Shown here: piece by piece, positions 37,628 to 47,163 of the stretch | Numbering within the stretch: the first letter of the stretch is position 1 | Layout: every line of letters starts with the position of its first letter | Source: Clostridia bacterium | GTDB taxonomy: Bacteria; Bacillota; Sulfobacillia; SLMV01 | NCBI GenBank assembly: GCA_003551215.1 | Contig: PUMD01000031.1 | Coordinates: forward strand, 1 to 58,469 | DNA: 58,469 nt | Direction: 5' to 3' | The notes under the pieces: generated by a model | What the model was told of the DNA's origin: nothing | The model's database searches: none | What the model saw: only the letters and a program-made list of their open reading frames with translations | Made by a program: the position numbers and the translations under genes

Positions 37628-38779
37628 TTGACCGATGCGGGACATTGCCGTCTGAAGCAGGTTGTCAGGCGCAGAGAAAAGATGCTTGATTTTCTCCGTA
37701 CCCTGGTTAATACTGACTCCCCCAGCACCGAGCCTGAGCTGACCAGCAAGATCAGTCGGATGGTCGGTGACAAGTGCAGGCAGCTGGGTGCCTGCGTTAA
37801 ATACATAAAGGCCGAAGGTGCCGGCGATCATCTCAAGGCTGTATGGAATCCTGGTGGGGATTTCGATGAAAGATTGCTTCTTCTGTGCCACCTCGACACG
37901 GTATGGCCGGAAGGGGAGACAGACAAAAGGCCTTTTGAGCTTGATGGAGACAGGGCTACTGGTCCCGGGATTTTTGACATGAAGGCAGGAGTCGTACAGG
38001 CGCTGTTTGCTGTGGAGGTGCTGTCTGAGTCCGGGCAAATGCCCGACCGGCCCGTTGTTCTTTTCTGTAACACCGATGAGGAAATAGGCAGCGACACTTC
38101 GCGAGACATAATAGAGAATCTGGCTCAGCAGTCCGCCTGCACTTTGGTTTTGGAACCATCGATACCCCCTGATGGAGCACTGAAGACGGCCCGAAAAGGC
38201 GTAGGCCGGTTTACCGTCACAACCTATGGAACGGCGGCACATTCGGGAGCAGACCACCGACAGGGAATAAGTGCAATTGAGGAGATGGCCCGTCAGGTGC
38301 AGTACTTGCATTCGTTGACGGATTATGACCGGGGTACCACCGTGAACGTGGGGGTCATCGAGGGTGGCTCAAGATCCAATGTGGTTGCTGAACAATGCAC
38401 AGCAGAGGTTGATCTGCGCGTGACCACCCCAGAGGAAGGAAAGCAGATGGAAAAGGTCATAATGGGACTGAAGCCCAAGCTGTCTGGGGCGCGAGTTAAG
38501 GTCACGGGAGGTCTGAACCGGCCTCCAATGCAGCGAACCGAGCAGATTGCACAGATGTTCGAAAAGGCCCGTCAGATTGGCGAGGAATTAGGTCTAAAAA
38601 TAGTTGAGGATAGCACCGGCGGGGCCAGCGACGGCAATTTTACCGCCGCTTTGGGAGTGCCCACCATTGACGGGCTGGGAGCTGTGGGTGCGGGCGGTCA
38701 CGCTCGTGATGAATGGATCAGCATAAAGAAGATGATACAGAGGACAGCTTTGCTCGCCGAACTCATTCGAAAATTGTGA
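37628..38779 (+). CDS. M20 family metallopeptidase (glutamate carboxypeptidase-like)
   Basis: HLDTVW, GPGIFDMKAG, DEEIGS, LEP, AAHSG, GGASDGN and GGHARDE motifs. Confidence 0.92.
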   Translation: MTDAGHCRLKQVVRRREKMLDFLRTLVNTDSPSTEPELTSKISRMVGDKCRQLGACVKYIKAEGAGDHLKAVWNPGGDFDERLLLLCHLDTVWPEGETDKRPFELDGDRATGPGIFDMKAGVVQALFAVEVLSESGQMPDRPVVLFCNTDEEIGSDTSRDIIENLAQQSACTLVLEPSIPPDGALKTARKGVGRFTVTTYGTAAHSGADHRQGISAIEEMARQVQYLHSLTDYDRGTTVNVGVIEGGSRSNVVAEQCTAEVDLRVTTPEEGKQMEKVIMGLKPKLSGARVKVTGGLNRPPMQRTEQIAQMFEKARQIGEELGLKIVEDSTGGASDGNFTAALGVPTIDGLGAVGAGGHARDEWISIKKMIQRTALLAELIRKL

Positions 38780-38800
38780 GTACAGACAGGGAGGACCGGT

Positions 38801-39670
38801 GTGCACATAGGTATAATCGGAAACAGATCCAAAGACCCAAGCGGCGCAATAATCAGAAATCTGATTGACTGGCTGAAACAGCGGGGCGTCGGTGTCTCGG
38901 TGGATGAGGAGGCAGCCGGGGTCGCTGGGTTATCTGCTGCTCCCATCTGTCATTGGGATGAGTCTAATATGGATTTCGTGATCGTCTTGGGTGGTGACGG
39001 GACGCTGCTGCGCGCGGCCAAGATGATCTGCGAGTCGAGCATTCCCCTTTTGGGCGTCAATATGGGAAGATTGGGGTTTCTTACCGAGATCGAGGTGAGT
39101 GCTCTGTATGATGTTCTCCCCGAGTTTCTGCAAGGGCGGTACACTCGGGATACCCGACACTTTCTACGTGCTTCGGTGCTCAGAGACGGTGAAGTAATGC
39201 ACGACTTTCTCGCCCTAAACGATGTGGTGATAGGTAAGGGTAGCTTCTCGCGCATGATCTCGGTTAAGATATGGGCCGATGATGCTCTGCTTGGCAGCTA
39301 TCCGGCAGATGGCGTAATTCTGAGCACTGCCACCGGTTCAACCGCCTATTCGCTTTCGGCCGGCGGGCCGGTACTGCATCCGAAGGTTGAAGTTCTTTTG
39401 GCCACCCCGATTTGCCCGCACTCGTTTCACGCGCGCCCGGTGGTACTGGATTCCGAACAGGTTATAACCGTTCGTACTGAGCACCGTCCCGATGTTACCC
39501 CGATGGTTACAGTGGACGGTCAGGAAGGATGCGAGCTGATAGGTAGTGACTTGCTGCGGGCTCATCTTTCGGCAGAAACTGTGACCCTGCTGAGGCGGCC
39601 TGAATGGAACTTCTACCAGGTATTGCGGAAGAAGCTGTTTCACCGTGATGACACAAGAGAGAGGGGGTAA
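38801..39670 (+). CDS. nadK: NAD(+) kinase
   Basis: GGDGTLL, GRLGFL, LND, DG and TATGSTAYSLSAGGP motifs. Confidence 0.95.
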   Translation: MHIGIIGNRSKDPSGAIIRNLIDWLKQRGVGVSVDEEAAGVAGLSAAPICHWDESNMDFVIVLGGDGTLLRAAKMICESSIPLLGVNMGRLGFLTEIEVSALYDVLPEFLQGRYTRDTRHFLRASVLRDGEVMHDFLALNDVVIGKGSFSRMISVKIWADDALLGSYPADGVILSTATGSTAYSLSAGGPVLHPKVEVLLATPICPHSFHARPVVLDSEQVITVRTEHRPDVTPMVTVDGQEGCELIGSDLLRAHLSAETVTLLRRPEWNFYQVLRKKLFHRDDTRERG

Positions 39671-39673
39671 CCC

Positions 39674-41398
39674 TTGCTGGCTCATCTTTCAGTGGAGAAT
39701 TTTGCCCTGCTGGAGAAAATGGAGGTTGAGCTGAGGCCGGGCCTGAACGTGATAACCGGAGAGACCGGGGCCGGTAAGTCGCTGTTTGTTGATGCGGTGG
39801 CGGTTGCACTGGGCGCCCGGGGATCTTCGGAGTACATACGTTCGGGGGCAGACACCACTCATGTCAGTGCGCTGTTTTACTGTTCGGAGTCGGCAGGGGG
39901 CCAAAAGCTGCAGAGGCTTAGCTTTGCTTCCGGGGAAGACTCTGAGGTATTGATTGAGCGTCAACTGCGCAGAGACCAACAGAACAGAGCCTGGGTCAAC
40001 GGACGTCTGAGCAGCGTAAACAGCATCAAGGAGTTTGCCCGGATGATGGTTGACATGCACGGTCAGCATCAACAGCAGGGCCTTTTGCGTCCATCAGAGC
40101 AGCTGCGGATGCTCGACGAGATGGCTGGCAAGCAGGCGCAGTGTGCTGCTGCGACAGTTGCCACCCTGCATCATCAGCTTTCAGGAATACGAGACGAGCT
40201 GCGCGACCTCACCGGGGATGACAAGGAAAGGGCGCGGCGTCTCGATCTGCTCAAGTACCAGCTGCGTGAAATAGATGAGGCTGAACTGGACCCCGAGGAG
40301 GAGCAGGATCTGAAAAACCGACAGAACATACTGGCTAACCTGCAGCAGCTGCGCAGCGGGATAGGTCAGCTCCTTACCCGACTCAATGATGGCTTTCAGG
40401 GCGCCTCGCCGGTTGTTGATGAGGTTGGGCAGATGGCCGAAAGTCTTGGCCGGTTGGCTGATATAGACAACAGCCTAAGAGAAGACGCCGACAGCCTTCG
40501 GGGCGTGCAATATGAGCTGCAGGAGGCTGGCAGGACGCTGAGGCATTACCTGGAGAACCTTGATTACGACCCGGGACAGCTGGAACAGGTACAGCGGCGG
40601 CTGGACGAAATAAGTCAGCTGAAGAGCAAATACGGAAACAGTGTGCAGGAGGTGCTGCAGTATCGGGAGGAAGTAGCCGGGCATATTGAGAGCATTGAGG
40701 GTTCAGAGAAGAGAATTGAAGACCTGAAAAAGCGGCAGGAGGAAGTCAGCCGTCAGCTGGGAGAGGCTGCAAACCAGCTCAGCCAGCTGAGGCAAAAATT
40801 CGCATCAACTTTGCAGACGCGCATGCAGCAGGAGCTGTCTGATCTACACATGGAGGACGCCGAGTTTACTATTGAATTCCAAAGGCAGCCGGACGAAAAT
40901 GGAGTTCCGGTAGGGCAGCAGCGTTATCACTGTACTCCTTTTGGAATAGACACCGTAGAGTTTATGATTGCTCCCAATCCTGGCGAACCCATGATGAAAC
41001 TGCGGAATATAGCCTCCGGAGGAGAGCTGGCCAGACTGATGCTGGCTTTGAAAAATGTAGCCGCCGGTGCTGGCTCGACTCCTGTGCTCATATTTGACGA
41101 GATAGACGCTGGGGTTGGAGGTAAAGCAGGCCGGGCAATTGCACAGAAGCTTGACTCCATTGCCAAAAATCACCAGGTGCTCAGCGTTACCCACCTCCCT
41201 CAGGTTGCCGCTGCCGCCGATGCGCATTTTCTGCTGCACAAGGAAAGCGTTGCGGGTCGGACAGTTAGCAAACTGACTCCAGTGAGTGATGAAGTTCGGG
41301 TCCGGGAAATCGCCCGCATGTTGGGCGGAAGTCCGGAAGACGCGGCAGCCAAACGACACGCGCGTCAGCTTCTTCAAATGACCACTGACGGTGGATAG
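39674..41398 (+). CDS. recN: DNA repair protein RecN
   Basis: GETGAGKS, HGQH, a coiled coil, ASGGELAR, FDEIDAG and THLPQVA motifs. Confidence 0.96.
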   Translation: MLAHLSVENFALLEKMEVELRPGLNVITGETGAGKSLFVDAVAVALGARGSSEYIRSGADTTHVSALFYCSESAGGQKLQRLSFASGEDSEVLIERQLRRDQQNRAWVNGRLSSVNSIKEFARMMVDMHGQHQQQGLLRPSEQLRMLDEMAGKQAQCAAATVATLHHQLSGIRDELRDLTGDDKERARRLDLLKYQLREIDEAELDPEEEQDLKNRQNILANLQQLRSGIGQLLTRLNDGFQGASPVVDEVGQMAESLGRLADIDNSLREDADSLRGVQYELQEAGRTLRHYLENLDYDPGQLEQVQRRLDEISQLKSKYGNSVQEVLQYREEVAGHIESIEGSEKRIEDLKKRQEEVSRQLGEAANQLSQLRQKFASTLQTRMQQELSDLHMEDAEFTIEFQRQPDENGVPVGQQRYHCTPFGIDTVEFMIAPNPGEPMMKLRNIASGGELARLMLALKNVAAGAGSTPVLIFDEIDAGVGGKAGRAIAQKLDSIAKNHQVLSVTHLPQVAAAADAHFLLHKESVAGRTVSKLTPVSDEVRVREIARMLGGSPEDAAAKRHARQLLQMTTDGG

Positions 41399-41415
41399 AT
41401 GCACAGTCTTGTGGG

Positions 41416-41446
41416 TTGACCTTACGGACCGTGCTGGTGCTATAAT
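41416..41446 (+). promoter_or_regulatory. Sigma-A promoter (extended -10) of tRNA-Leu(GAG)
   Basis: TTGACC...TGcTATAAT; the spacer is long (19 nt) but the TG extension is present. Confidence 0.5.
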
Positions 41447-41478
41447 TGAATAGCAGTGGAGAAAAATATTTCGTACAT

Positions 41479-41563
41479 GCGGAAGTGCTGGAACTGGCAG
41501 ACAGGCATGGTTGAGGGCCATGTGGCCTCAATGGTCGTGCGGGTTCGAATCCCGCCTTCCGCA
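41479..41563 (+). tRNA. tRNA-Leu(GAG)
   Basis: GCGGAAG acceptor, CATGG-TT-GAG-GG-CCATG anticodon arm, long variable arm, GGTTCGAATCC; no encoded CCA. Confidence 0.95.
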
Positions 41564-41566
41564 CAC

Positions 41567-41589
41567 GGGACAGTTTCTGTCCCTTTTTT
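41567..41589 (+). terminator. Intrinsic terminator after tRNA-Leu(GAG)
   Basis: GGGACAG-TTT-CTGTCCC followed by TTTTTT. Confidence 0.75.
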
Positions 41590-42469
41590 ACTTGCAGGGT
41601 TTGCGGGCGACCACTCCCATACACTCGCTATTTTTTGTCAGGCGGGTTCCCTGCAGGTCACCAAAAATACCATCAACCTGCAGGCCGTGCTCCCTGATTA
41701 GGGTAGCAATACTCCGCGGGGAATAGGTTCGTTCCCAGATGCGGTAGACCGTGGCCTGGCTTTTTTCATCAAGTACCACATACTGATCGAGAAAAATTCC
41801 GCCGTCATATTCAAATTGCTTTGTCAAAAGTAGATGCTTGCCGGGATGCCAGAAACCCTCTGGACGGACCTCCCATGATGACTCATCCAGATGTCGACGG
41901 TTTTTCGGGGTATGTACATCGAAAAAGAAGTAGCCTCCGGGCACCAGGAATTTTTCGATTTTTTCCATGAGCATATCTCGCTTTATGTCCGACAGGGCCC
42001 CAAAGTCACAGTATATGAGACATATGATATCAAATCGCCGGTTCACCTCCAGGCTAGTGTAGTCACAGCAGATGTACTCAATGTTCAGGTTCTCTTTCCT
42101 TGCTTGACGCCGTGCGTATTTGAGCGAGTTGGACGAAATATCGACACCGACGACCCTCGCTCCCAACCTGGCGAACCTCTGGGCGTACAATCCGGGTCCG
42201 CAGCCAAGATCAAGTAACCTGCCGCCCGAAACCAGTTTTTTGCCCGCTTGTGCGGCTATCCACTTTACGGTGCCAACCACCGTGGGAATCCTCCTGCTGG
42301 CTGCATCACTTTGCTGATCCAGATGGGCAGCCAGAAGCTGCTCAGAAAGGTGGGGATCATCCCAAAACGGTGCGCCCTGGGAGAAAAGCGGTGGTCTTTC
42401 GGACAGATTTATCAACTTCTCGACTTGAAGTTCACCTTCTGTAGAGAGGAGCCTTAGCTGTGACATCAT
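41588..42469 (-). CDS. Class I SAM-dependent methyltransferase
   Basis: FWDDPH, LDLGCGPG, GVDIS, YCDFGAL and LVPGGYFFFD motifs. Confidence 0.9.
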   Translation of the reverse strand: MMSQLRLLSTEGELQVEKLINLSERPPLFSQGAPFWDDPHLSEQLLAAHLDQQSDAASRRIPTVVGTVKWIAAQAGKKLVSGGRLLDLGCGPGLYAQRFARLGARVVGVDISSNSLKYARRQARKENLNIEYICCDYTSLEVNRRFDIICLIYCDFGALSDIKRDMLMEKIEKFLVPGGYFFFDVHTPKNRRHLDESSWEVRPEGFWHPGKHLLLTKQFEYDGGIFLDQYVVLDEKSQATVYRIWERTYSPRSIATLIREHGLQVDGIFGDLQGTRLTKNSECMGVVARKPCK

Positions 42470-42594
42470 TCCCTCCATTCTCTCTTTTGGCTGCGAAGGG
42501 TAGGTTGATTATCCCTGTGACCGTCACGGCCTGTCAACTTCCTTCTGCCTGCCGAGTTTGATGATTTTGTGTTGTGTTTATCGCAGAGTGATTG

Positions 42595-42623
42595 TTCACA
42601 GCTGTGCAGGCTAGTGTTATAAT
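42595..42623 (+). promoter_or_regulatory. Sigma-A promoter of the decarboxylase beta-subunit gene
   Basis: TTCACA-N17-TATAAT with a TG extension, upstream of RBS AAAGGAGG. Confidence 0.55.
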
Positions 42624-42655
42624 ACTGGAGAATTGCAGATGAAAGGAGGGACGCC

Positions 42656-43786
42656 TTGCTCGCACAGTTTTCTTCGTTTTTGGACAGCATGGGATTTTTA
42701 CATATGACGCTCGGACAGGCTGGCATGATTCTTTTGGGTCTGGGACTCGTGTATCTGGCCGTTGTCAAGAAATATGAGCCCCTGCTTCTTTTGCCCATTG
42801 GATTCGGCATTATTCTCGGGAACATGCCTCTAGCTAACCTAATGGCACCGCCTGCAGACGGAGCAGTCGGAGGATTGCTGTGGTATCTTTACCAGGGCGT
42901 TGATCTGGCCATATTTCCGCCACTTATCTTTTTGGGGATAGGTGCCATGACCGACTTTACGCCGCTTATTGCAAATCCAATTACCGTGCTTTTGGGAGCT
43001 GGTGCTCAGGCAGGCATTTTTACCAGTTTCCTGGGAGCTATGTATCTGGGGTTCACCCCTGCTCAGGCGGGTTCTATAGGAATTATTGGCGGAGCTGACG
43101 GCCCGACTGCCGTGTTTCTTACCGCAAATCTTGCTCCTGAATTGATGGGACCGATTGCAGTCGCGGCTCACTCATACATGGCGCTGGTGCCGATCATCCA
43201 GCGTCCGGTTATTTACCTGCTCACTTCCGCCGAAGAGCGGGCTATAGAGATGCCCAAGCTGCGGTCCATACCCCAGACAGAGAAGATATTGTTCCCCATA
43301 ATTATTACACTTTTGGTCGGGTTGATAATCCCGCAGGCACTACCGCTGGTGGGCATGCTGATGCTGGGTAACCTGATGCGAGAATCCGGTGTTGTTGACA
43401 GGCTGGCTGATGCTGCAGCTAACGAGCTGACCAACATAGTGACGATTTTCCTCGCTCTCACGGTAGGGGCAACAGCCAGTGCCGATCGGTTTTTTACCAC
43501 GGAATTTCTATCAATCCTGGCTTTAGGCCTGGCAGCCTTTGCCGTCAGTACGGCAGCAGGCCTACTGCTGGCGAAATTGGCTAACTGGGCTACTGCCGGC
43601 AAGATAAACCCGCTGATTGGAGGAGCCGGTGTTTCGGCCGTCCCGCAGGCGGCAAGAGTGGCTCAACAGGTGGGTAAAGAAGCCAACCCCAACAACTATC
43701 TGCTGATGCACGCGATGGGTCCGAATGTTGCCGGGGTCATCGGGTCAGCGGTTGCTGCCGGGGTACTGTGGGCCCTTTTGGGATAG
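42656..43786 (+). CDS. oadB: Na+-translocating decarboxylase beta subunit (OadB/MmdB/GcdB family)
   Basis: YEPLLLLPIGFG, FPPLIFLGIGAMTDF, GIIGGADGPTA, SYMALVP and HAMGPNVAGVIGS motifs. Confidence 0.93.
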   Translation: MLAQFSSFLDSMGFLHMTLGQAGMILLGLGLVYLAVVKKYEPLLLLPIGFGIILGNMPLANLMAPPADGAVGGLLWYLYQGVDLAIFPPLIFLGIGAMTDFTPLIANPITVLLGAGAQAGIFTSFLGAMYLGFTPAQAGSIGIIGGADGPTAVFLTANLAPELMGPIAVAAHSYMALVPIIQRPVIYLLTSAEERAIEMPKLRSIPQTEKILFPIIITLLVGLIIPQALPLVGMLMLGNLMRESGVVDRLADAAANELTNIVTIFLALTVGATASADRFFTTEFLSILALGLAAFAVSTAAGLLLAKLANWATAGKINPLIGGAGVSAVPQAARVAQQVGKEANPNNYLLMHAMGPNVAGVIGSAVAAGVLWALLG

Positions 43787-44249
43787 GACTGCGGACTGGC
43801 ATCGTAGATAAGATATGATTTCTTTTAGGCGGGCAGCTGACTTCCGCTGCTCGCTTTCGTATGTCAGACTCCGGCGCATGGATGCGAACGCAGGTGTGTG
43901 CAGACTGCCCAGATGCTGCAGAATCTCTGCGGGGATGTGTTCTCCCGGAACATGGACAAAAGCGTACTGGCCGTTTTTCACATGCAGCATCAGATGTTCG
44001 GCTTGCTTTAGTCTGGGGTCTTAATAGTGTGGTTGCTGCTTTGATGAAGGCGACATTGCTTGCAAGTCGATGATTCCCCAAGGCGCAGCCGGTGATGGCC
44101 GCATAGTGAGTATCAGGCCAATTGTCAGGTAATGGTGTGCGTATGTACAGGCCCGATGGAGCCTTCTTTTGCCATATTGAGCAGCAGCAGTTGAACGGGA
44201 GTTATCAGCTGTCCTCGCTGACAGCTGACAACCCCCGGTTGTTAATTGA

Positions 44250-45962
44250 TCAATCCAGCATCGGCCGGATAATCGAGCGCCAGACCCGGGTGTTCTCCTG
44301 TCCCAAGCGCCAGAAGGCTACGCCAGCTACCCCAAATTCGTCGAGCAGCTTCAGTCTGGCTTTCAGGATGTGTTCATCCTCAAAATACACTATTCGTTCG
44401 GTCCCATCCTCGGCTGTGTAGCGGAAATAAGGGGTGTAGTGAAGTCGGTCGGGTTCTCCCAGTTCGTGCTCCTCAAGGAGCTGCTCAGCCCTCGGCCACG
44501 TTATTCCCCTTGCCTGATTTGCTTCTTCTTTGTCCTTCCAGTCGTACCCGTAAAAGGGAGCGCCCATCAGAACCTTGTCGCGGGGAACAGCTGCAGTGGT
44601 GTAGGACATAACTGACCTTACCCATTCCAGTGATGCCACCGGCCCGGGGCGACTTGTGCTCCAGTGCTGATCATAGGCCATGATGATCATGTAATCTAAG
44701 TAAGGATGAAGTGCCCGGTAGTCGAAGGCACCTGACCATCCATGCTGCGGATTATCGTAAAGCTTGGCCGGGACAGCCATGGTTATCAGGTAGTCGTCGC
44801 CCATCTCGTGCCATACCTCTGCCACAAACTCAGTCAGGACATCACGGTCCTCCGGTCGAACAGCTTCGAGATTGATGTTGACCCCGCTGTACGGCTTCTC
44901 CCTTAGTTCGCTTTCAATAAGCTGCACAGCCCGCTGGCGTTTCTGTTCATCATTGAGGATTTCTGACGCCACATCGGGGCAAAAACCAGCATTAGTGAAA
45001 CGTACAAGGGCTTCCTGGTTGGGATGAGCTGCCGCCTGTTCAAAAACGAAGTCGCTATCGTAGCCGCTGCTTTTTACTTCGCCGTCGTCTCCGATATCCA
45101 GAGAGTAGGTTGCCATTATCACCATGTTTACTCGAGAACCGGCCTCCTGTAGAGACTGATAGGAAGCCCCCCTGTACTGATCTCGGCCCATGTAGTAGCC
45201 GGCCACCAGATAGCGGTCGGGAGGAGCAACATCGGTCGGTGGTGGCTGCACGAGGTCTTCTGTGTCTAGTTCTGATAGCGTCTGCATGAATCGTTGCAGC
45301 ATGACAGTGGCTTCAGCCCGCGTGGTGGGTTCGAAAGGAGCAAATTCGTAAAATGGCTGACGCCCCACGATCAACCTCTCTTTAACTGCCGCGGCTGCTG
45401 GATCAGCCCAATCGGGAATGAGGTGACCATCCTTGTCAAAGACCGTGAAGAGCCTCCGGTCGGCGCGGACGCCCAGCCTCACCAGAACCCTACCCAAAAC
45501 AGTAGCCATCTGCACCCGGGTTACTGTCTTATACGGTCGAAAGGTTCCGTCGGGATATCCTTCGATTAGTTCGTTTTCCACAGCGGTACCGACCTCTGCC
45601 CGGGCCTCATCCGGTATCAAGTCAACATCTTCAAAGTCCATATCGGGAATGTCTTCCTCGGCAAGCAGCCCGACTGCACGAACCAACCAGCGGGTAAAAT
45701 CCAGCCGACTCACCTCTTTGTCTGGGGCAAATTCACCCTCGTCTGCTTCGGATACTACTCCGGATCGGTACATTACTTCGATAATGTCCTGTGCCCAGTG
45801 TTCCTCTACATCATCAAACCTGAAACTGAACTCCGGCTTCTGTTGAGCCCCTGCGTCTCGGGCTGCCGCAAGTACGCAAAGGGATATCATTGCCACTGTA
45901 ACTGTTACAGCAAGAACGTGTCTTGAGTTCATGTGGATTGTCGCCCGGGCTGCCTCTAGCAT
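44250..45962 (-). CDS. SLH-domain GH18 glycoside hydrolase (spore YaaH/YdhD-like)
   Basis: Signal peptide; SLH repeats (FDDVEEHWA...FAPDKEVSR; GYPDGTFRP..VTR; FAPFEPTTRAEA); GH18 GVNINLE, IMAYD and AFWRLG. Start uncertain (45962 or 45932). Confidence 0.88.
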   Translation of the reverse strand: MLEAARATIHMNSRHVLAVTVTVAMISLCVLAAARDAGAQQKPEFSFRFDDVEEHWAQDIIEVMYRSGVVSEADEGEFAPDKEVSRLDFTRWLVRAVGLLAEEDIPDMDFEDVDLIPDEARAEVGTAVENELIEGYPDGTFRPYKTVTRVQMATVLGRVLVRLGVRADRRLFTVFDKDGHLIPDWADPAAAAVKERLIVGRQPFYEFAPFEPTTRAEATVMLQRFMQTLSELDTEDLVQPPPTDVAPPDRYLVAGYYMGRDQYRGASYQSLQEAGSRVNMVIMATYSLDIGDDGEVKSSGYDSDFVFEQAAAHPNQEALVRFTNAGFCPDVASEILNDEQKRQRAVQLIESELREKPYSGVNINLEAVRPEDRDVLTEFVAEVWHEMGDDYLITMAVPAKLYDNPQHGWSGAFDYRALHPYLDYMIIMAYDQHWSTSRPGPVASLEWVRSVMSYTTAAVPRDKVLMGAPFYGYDWKDKEEANQARGITWPRAEQLLEEHELGEPDRLHYTPYFRYTAEDGTERIVYFEDEHILKARLKLLDEFGVAGVAFWRLGQENTRVWRSIIRPMLD

Positions 45963-46331
45963 AAAGAGGCAGTCTGGGACCTGTGCCTCCTTTCGTGGTG
46001 AGGGCCGCAGTTTCATCGGTAATAATTGGGCCTGCAAGTGAAGCCGAAATGGCCATACCCCCACCGCCAACTGACCGCTTTAGATCCACTGCCGCCCACC
46101 TGTGCTGTCTGTTTTGGTTCTTTGATGCTGATTTCTCCGTGCATCCCGTCGTATCCTGTCGGCGAACAGCTGATGAGGCAATAAGTCACATAATCTTAAC
46201 GGAAGGCGGTGGGGTTCTTCAGTGCTCTTCGAATAATTTGAGCCTTCACAGGCAGGAATTTACCGTTTCTGCTGGGAAATTGACAAGGAGGGAATCAGCT
46301 GGGCACAAAAATCAGTCCTGGAGGTATGTAT

Positions 46332-47093
46332 ATGAGTAGAGAAGACACCGGGGAAGCGCGATCGCTTTTGCTGAACCGTATGAGCTGGCAGGAAGTCAGG
46401 CAGCGGAAGGAAGAAGGAATGGAAATTGTGTTGGTTCCGGTTGGCTCCACGGAGCAGCACGGCCCCAACGGAACCTTTGGAGTAGATTCCGGGCGGGCGG
46501 AAGGGTTCGTACAGCGGCTGGCTGAAAGATTGTATCCTCGTGCCCTGGCCGTGCCGACCGTTGCTTATGGAATATCGCCCCATCACATGAATTTTCCTGG
46601 TACCATTACACTGCAGCCGGAAACCTTTCTTCGGGTGCTGGAGGACATTACCGACAGTATGTACCAGCACGGTTTCCGCAGGTTTTTCTATGCCAACGGG
46701 CACGGAGGCAATCGGGCTGCTCTCACTCTCCTGATGGGCAAGCTCAAGGCCAATTATCCCGATGTCAGGGCCGCCTGGGCCTCGTTTACTTCGGTGGCAG
46801 GTGATGTGGTGCAGGAAAACGTCGAGTCTGAGGTTCACGGGCATGCCTGTGAAGGAGAGATGTCACAGGCTATGTATCTGGCGCCATGGTCGGTTAAACA
46901 CGACCGGCAGCCCGGGAAAGTAAGGACAGAAGCCCTACAGGCCCGCAGAAAAGGCATAAATGAAGCATCAACTTTTGACGAGATCACAAAAAACGGTGCA
47001 CTTGGAGATGCCTCGCGGGCCAGCTGGGATCTTGGCGAGAAAATCATAGAGACCGGACTTGATCGCGTGGTCGAGTATCTTGAAGAATTTTGA
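46332..47093 (+). CDS. Creatininase/creatinine amidohydrolase family protein
   Basis: PVGSTEQHGP, SPHHMNFPGT, NGHGGN and HACEGE motifs. Confidence 0.92.
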   Translation: MSREDTGEARSLLLNRMSWQEVRQRKEEGMEIVLVPVGSTEQHGPNGTFGVDSGRAEGFVQRLAERLYPRALAVPTVAYGISPHHMNFPGTITLQPETFLRVLEDITDSMYQHGFRRFFYANGHGGNRAALTLLMGKLKANYPDVRAAWASFTSVAGDVVQENVESEVHGHACEGEMSQAMYLAPWSVKHDRQPGKVRTEALQARRKGINEASTFDEITKNGALGDASRASWDLGEKIIETGLDRVVEYLEEF

Positions 47094-47163
47094 AGGATAA
47101 GCTTGGCAAGAGATACCATTTTGCCCTGCAAGTAGAAACCAAAGTCTCAGGAGGTGAACTCCG

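Noticed and set aside
37172-38311. 379-aa antisense ORF, and similar ones such as 9258-10187, 3503-4288 and 40844-41521
   Set aside because: Shadow ORFs opposite well-supported genes in GC-rich DNA, with no recognisable motifs.
43790-44245. Short minus-strand ORFs between oadB and the GH18 gene
   Set aside because: No RBS or family motif; no gamma-subunit or biotin-carrier sequence was recognisable.
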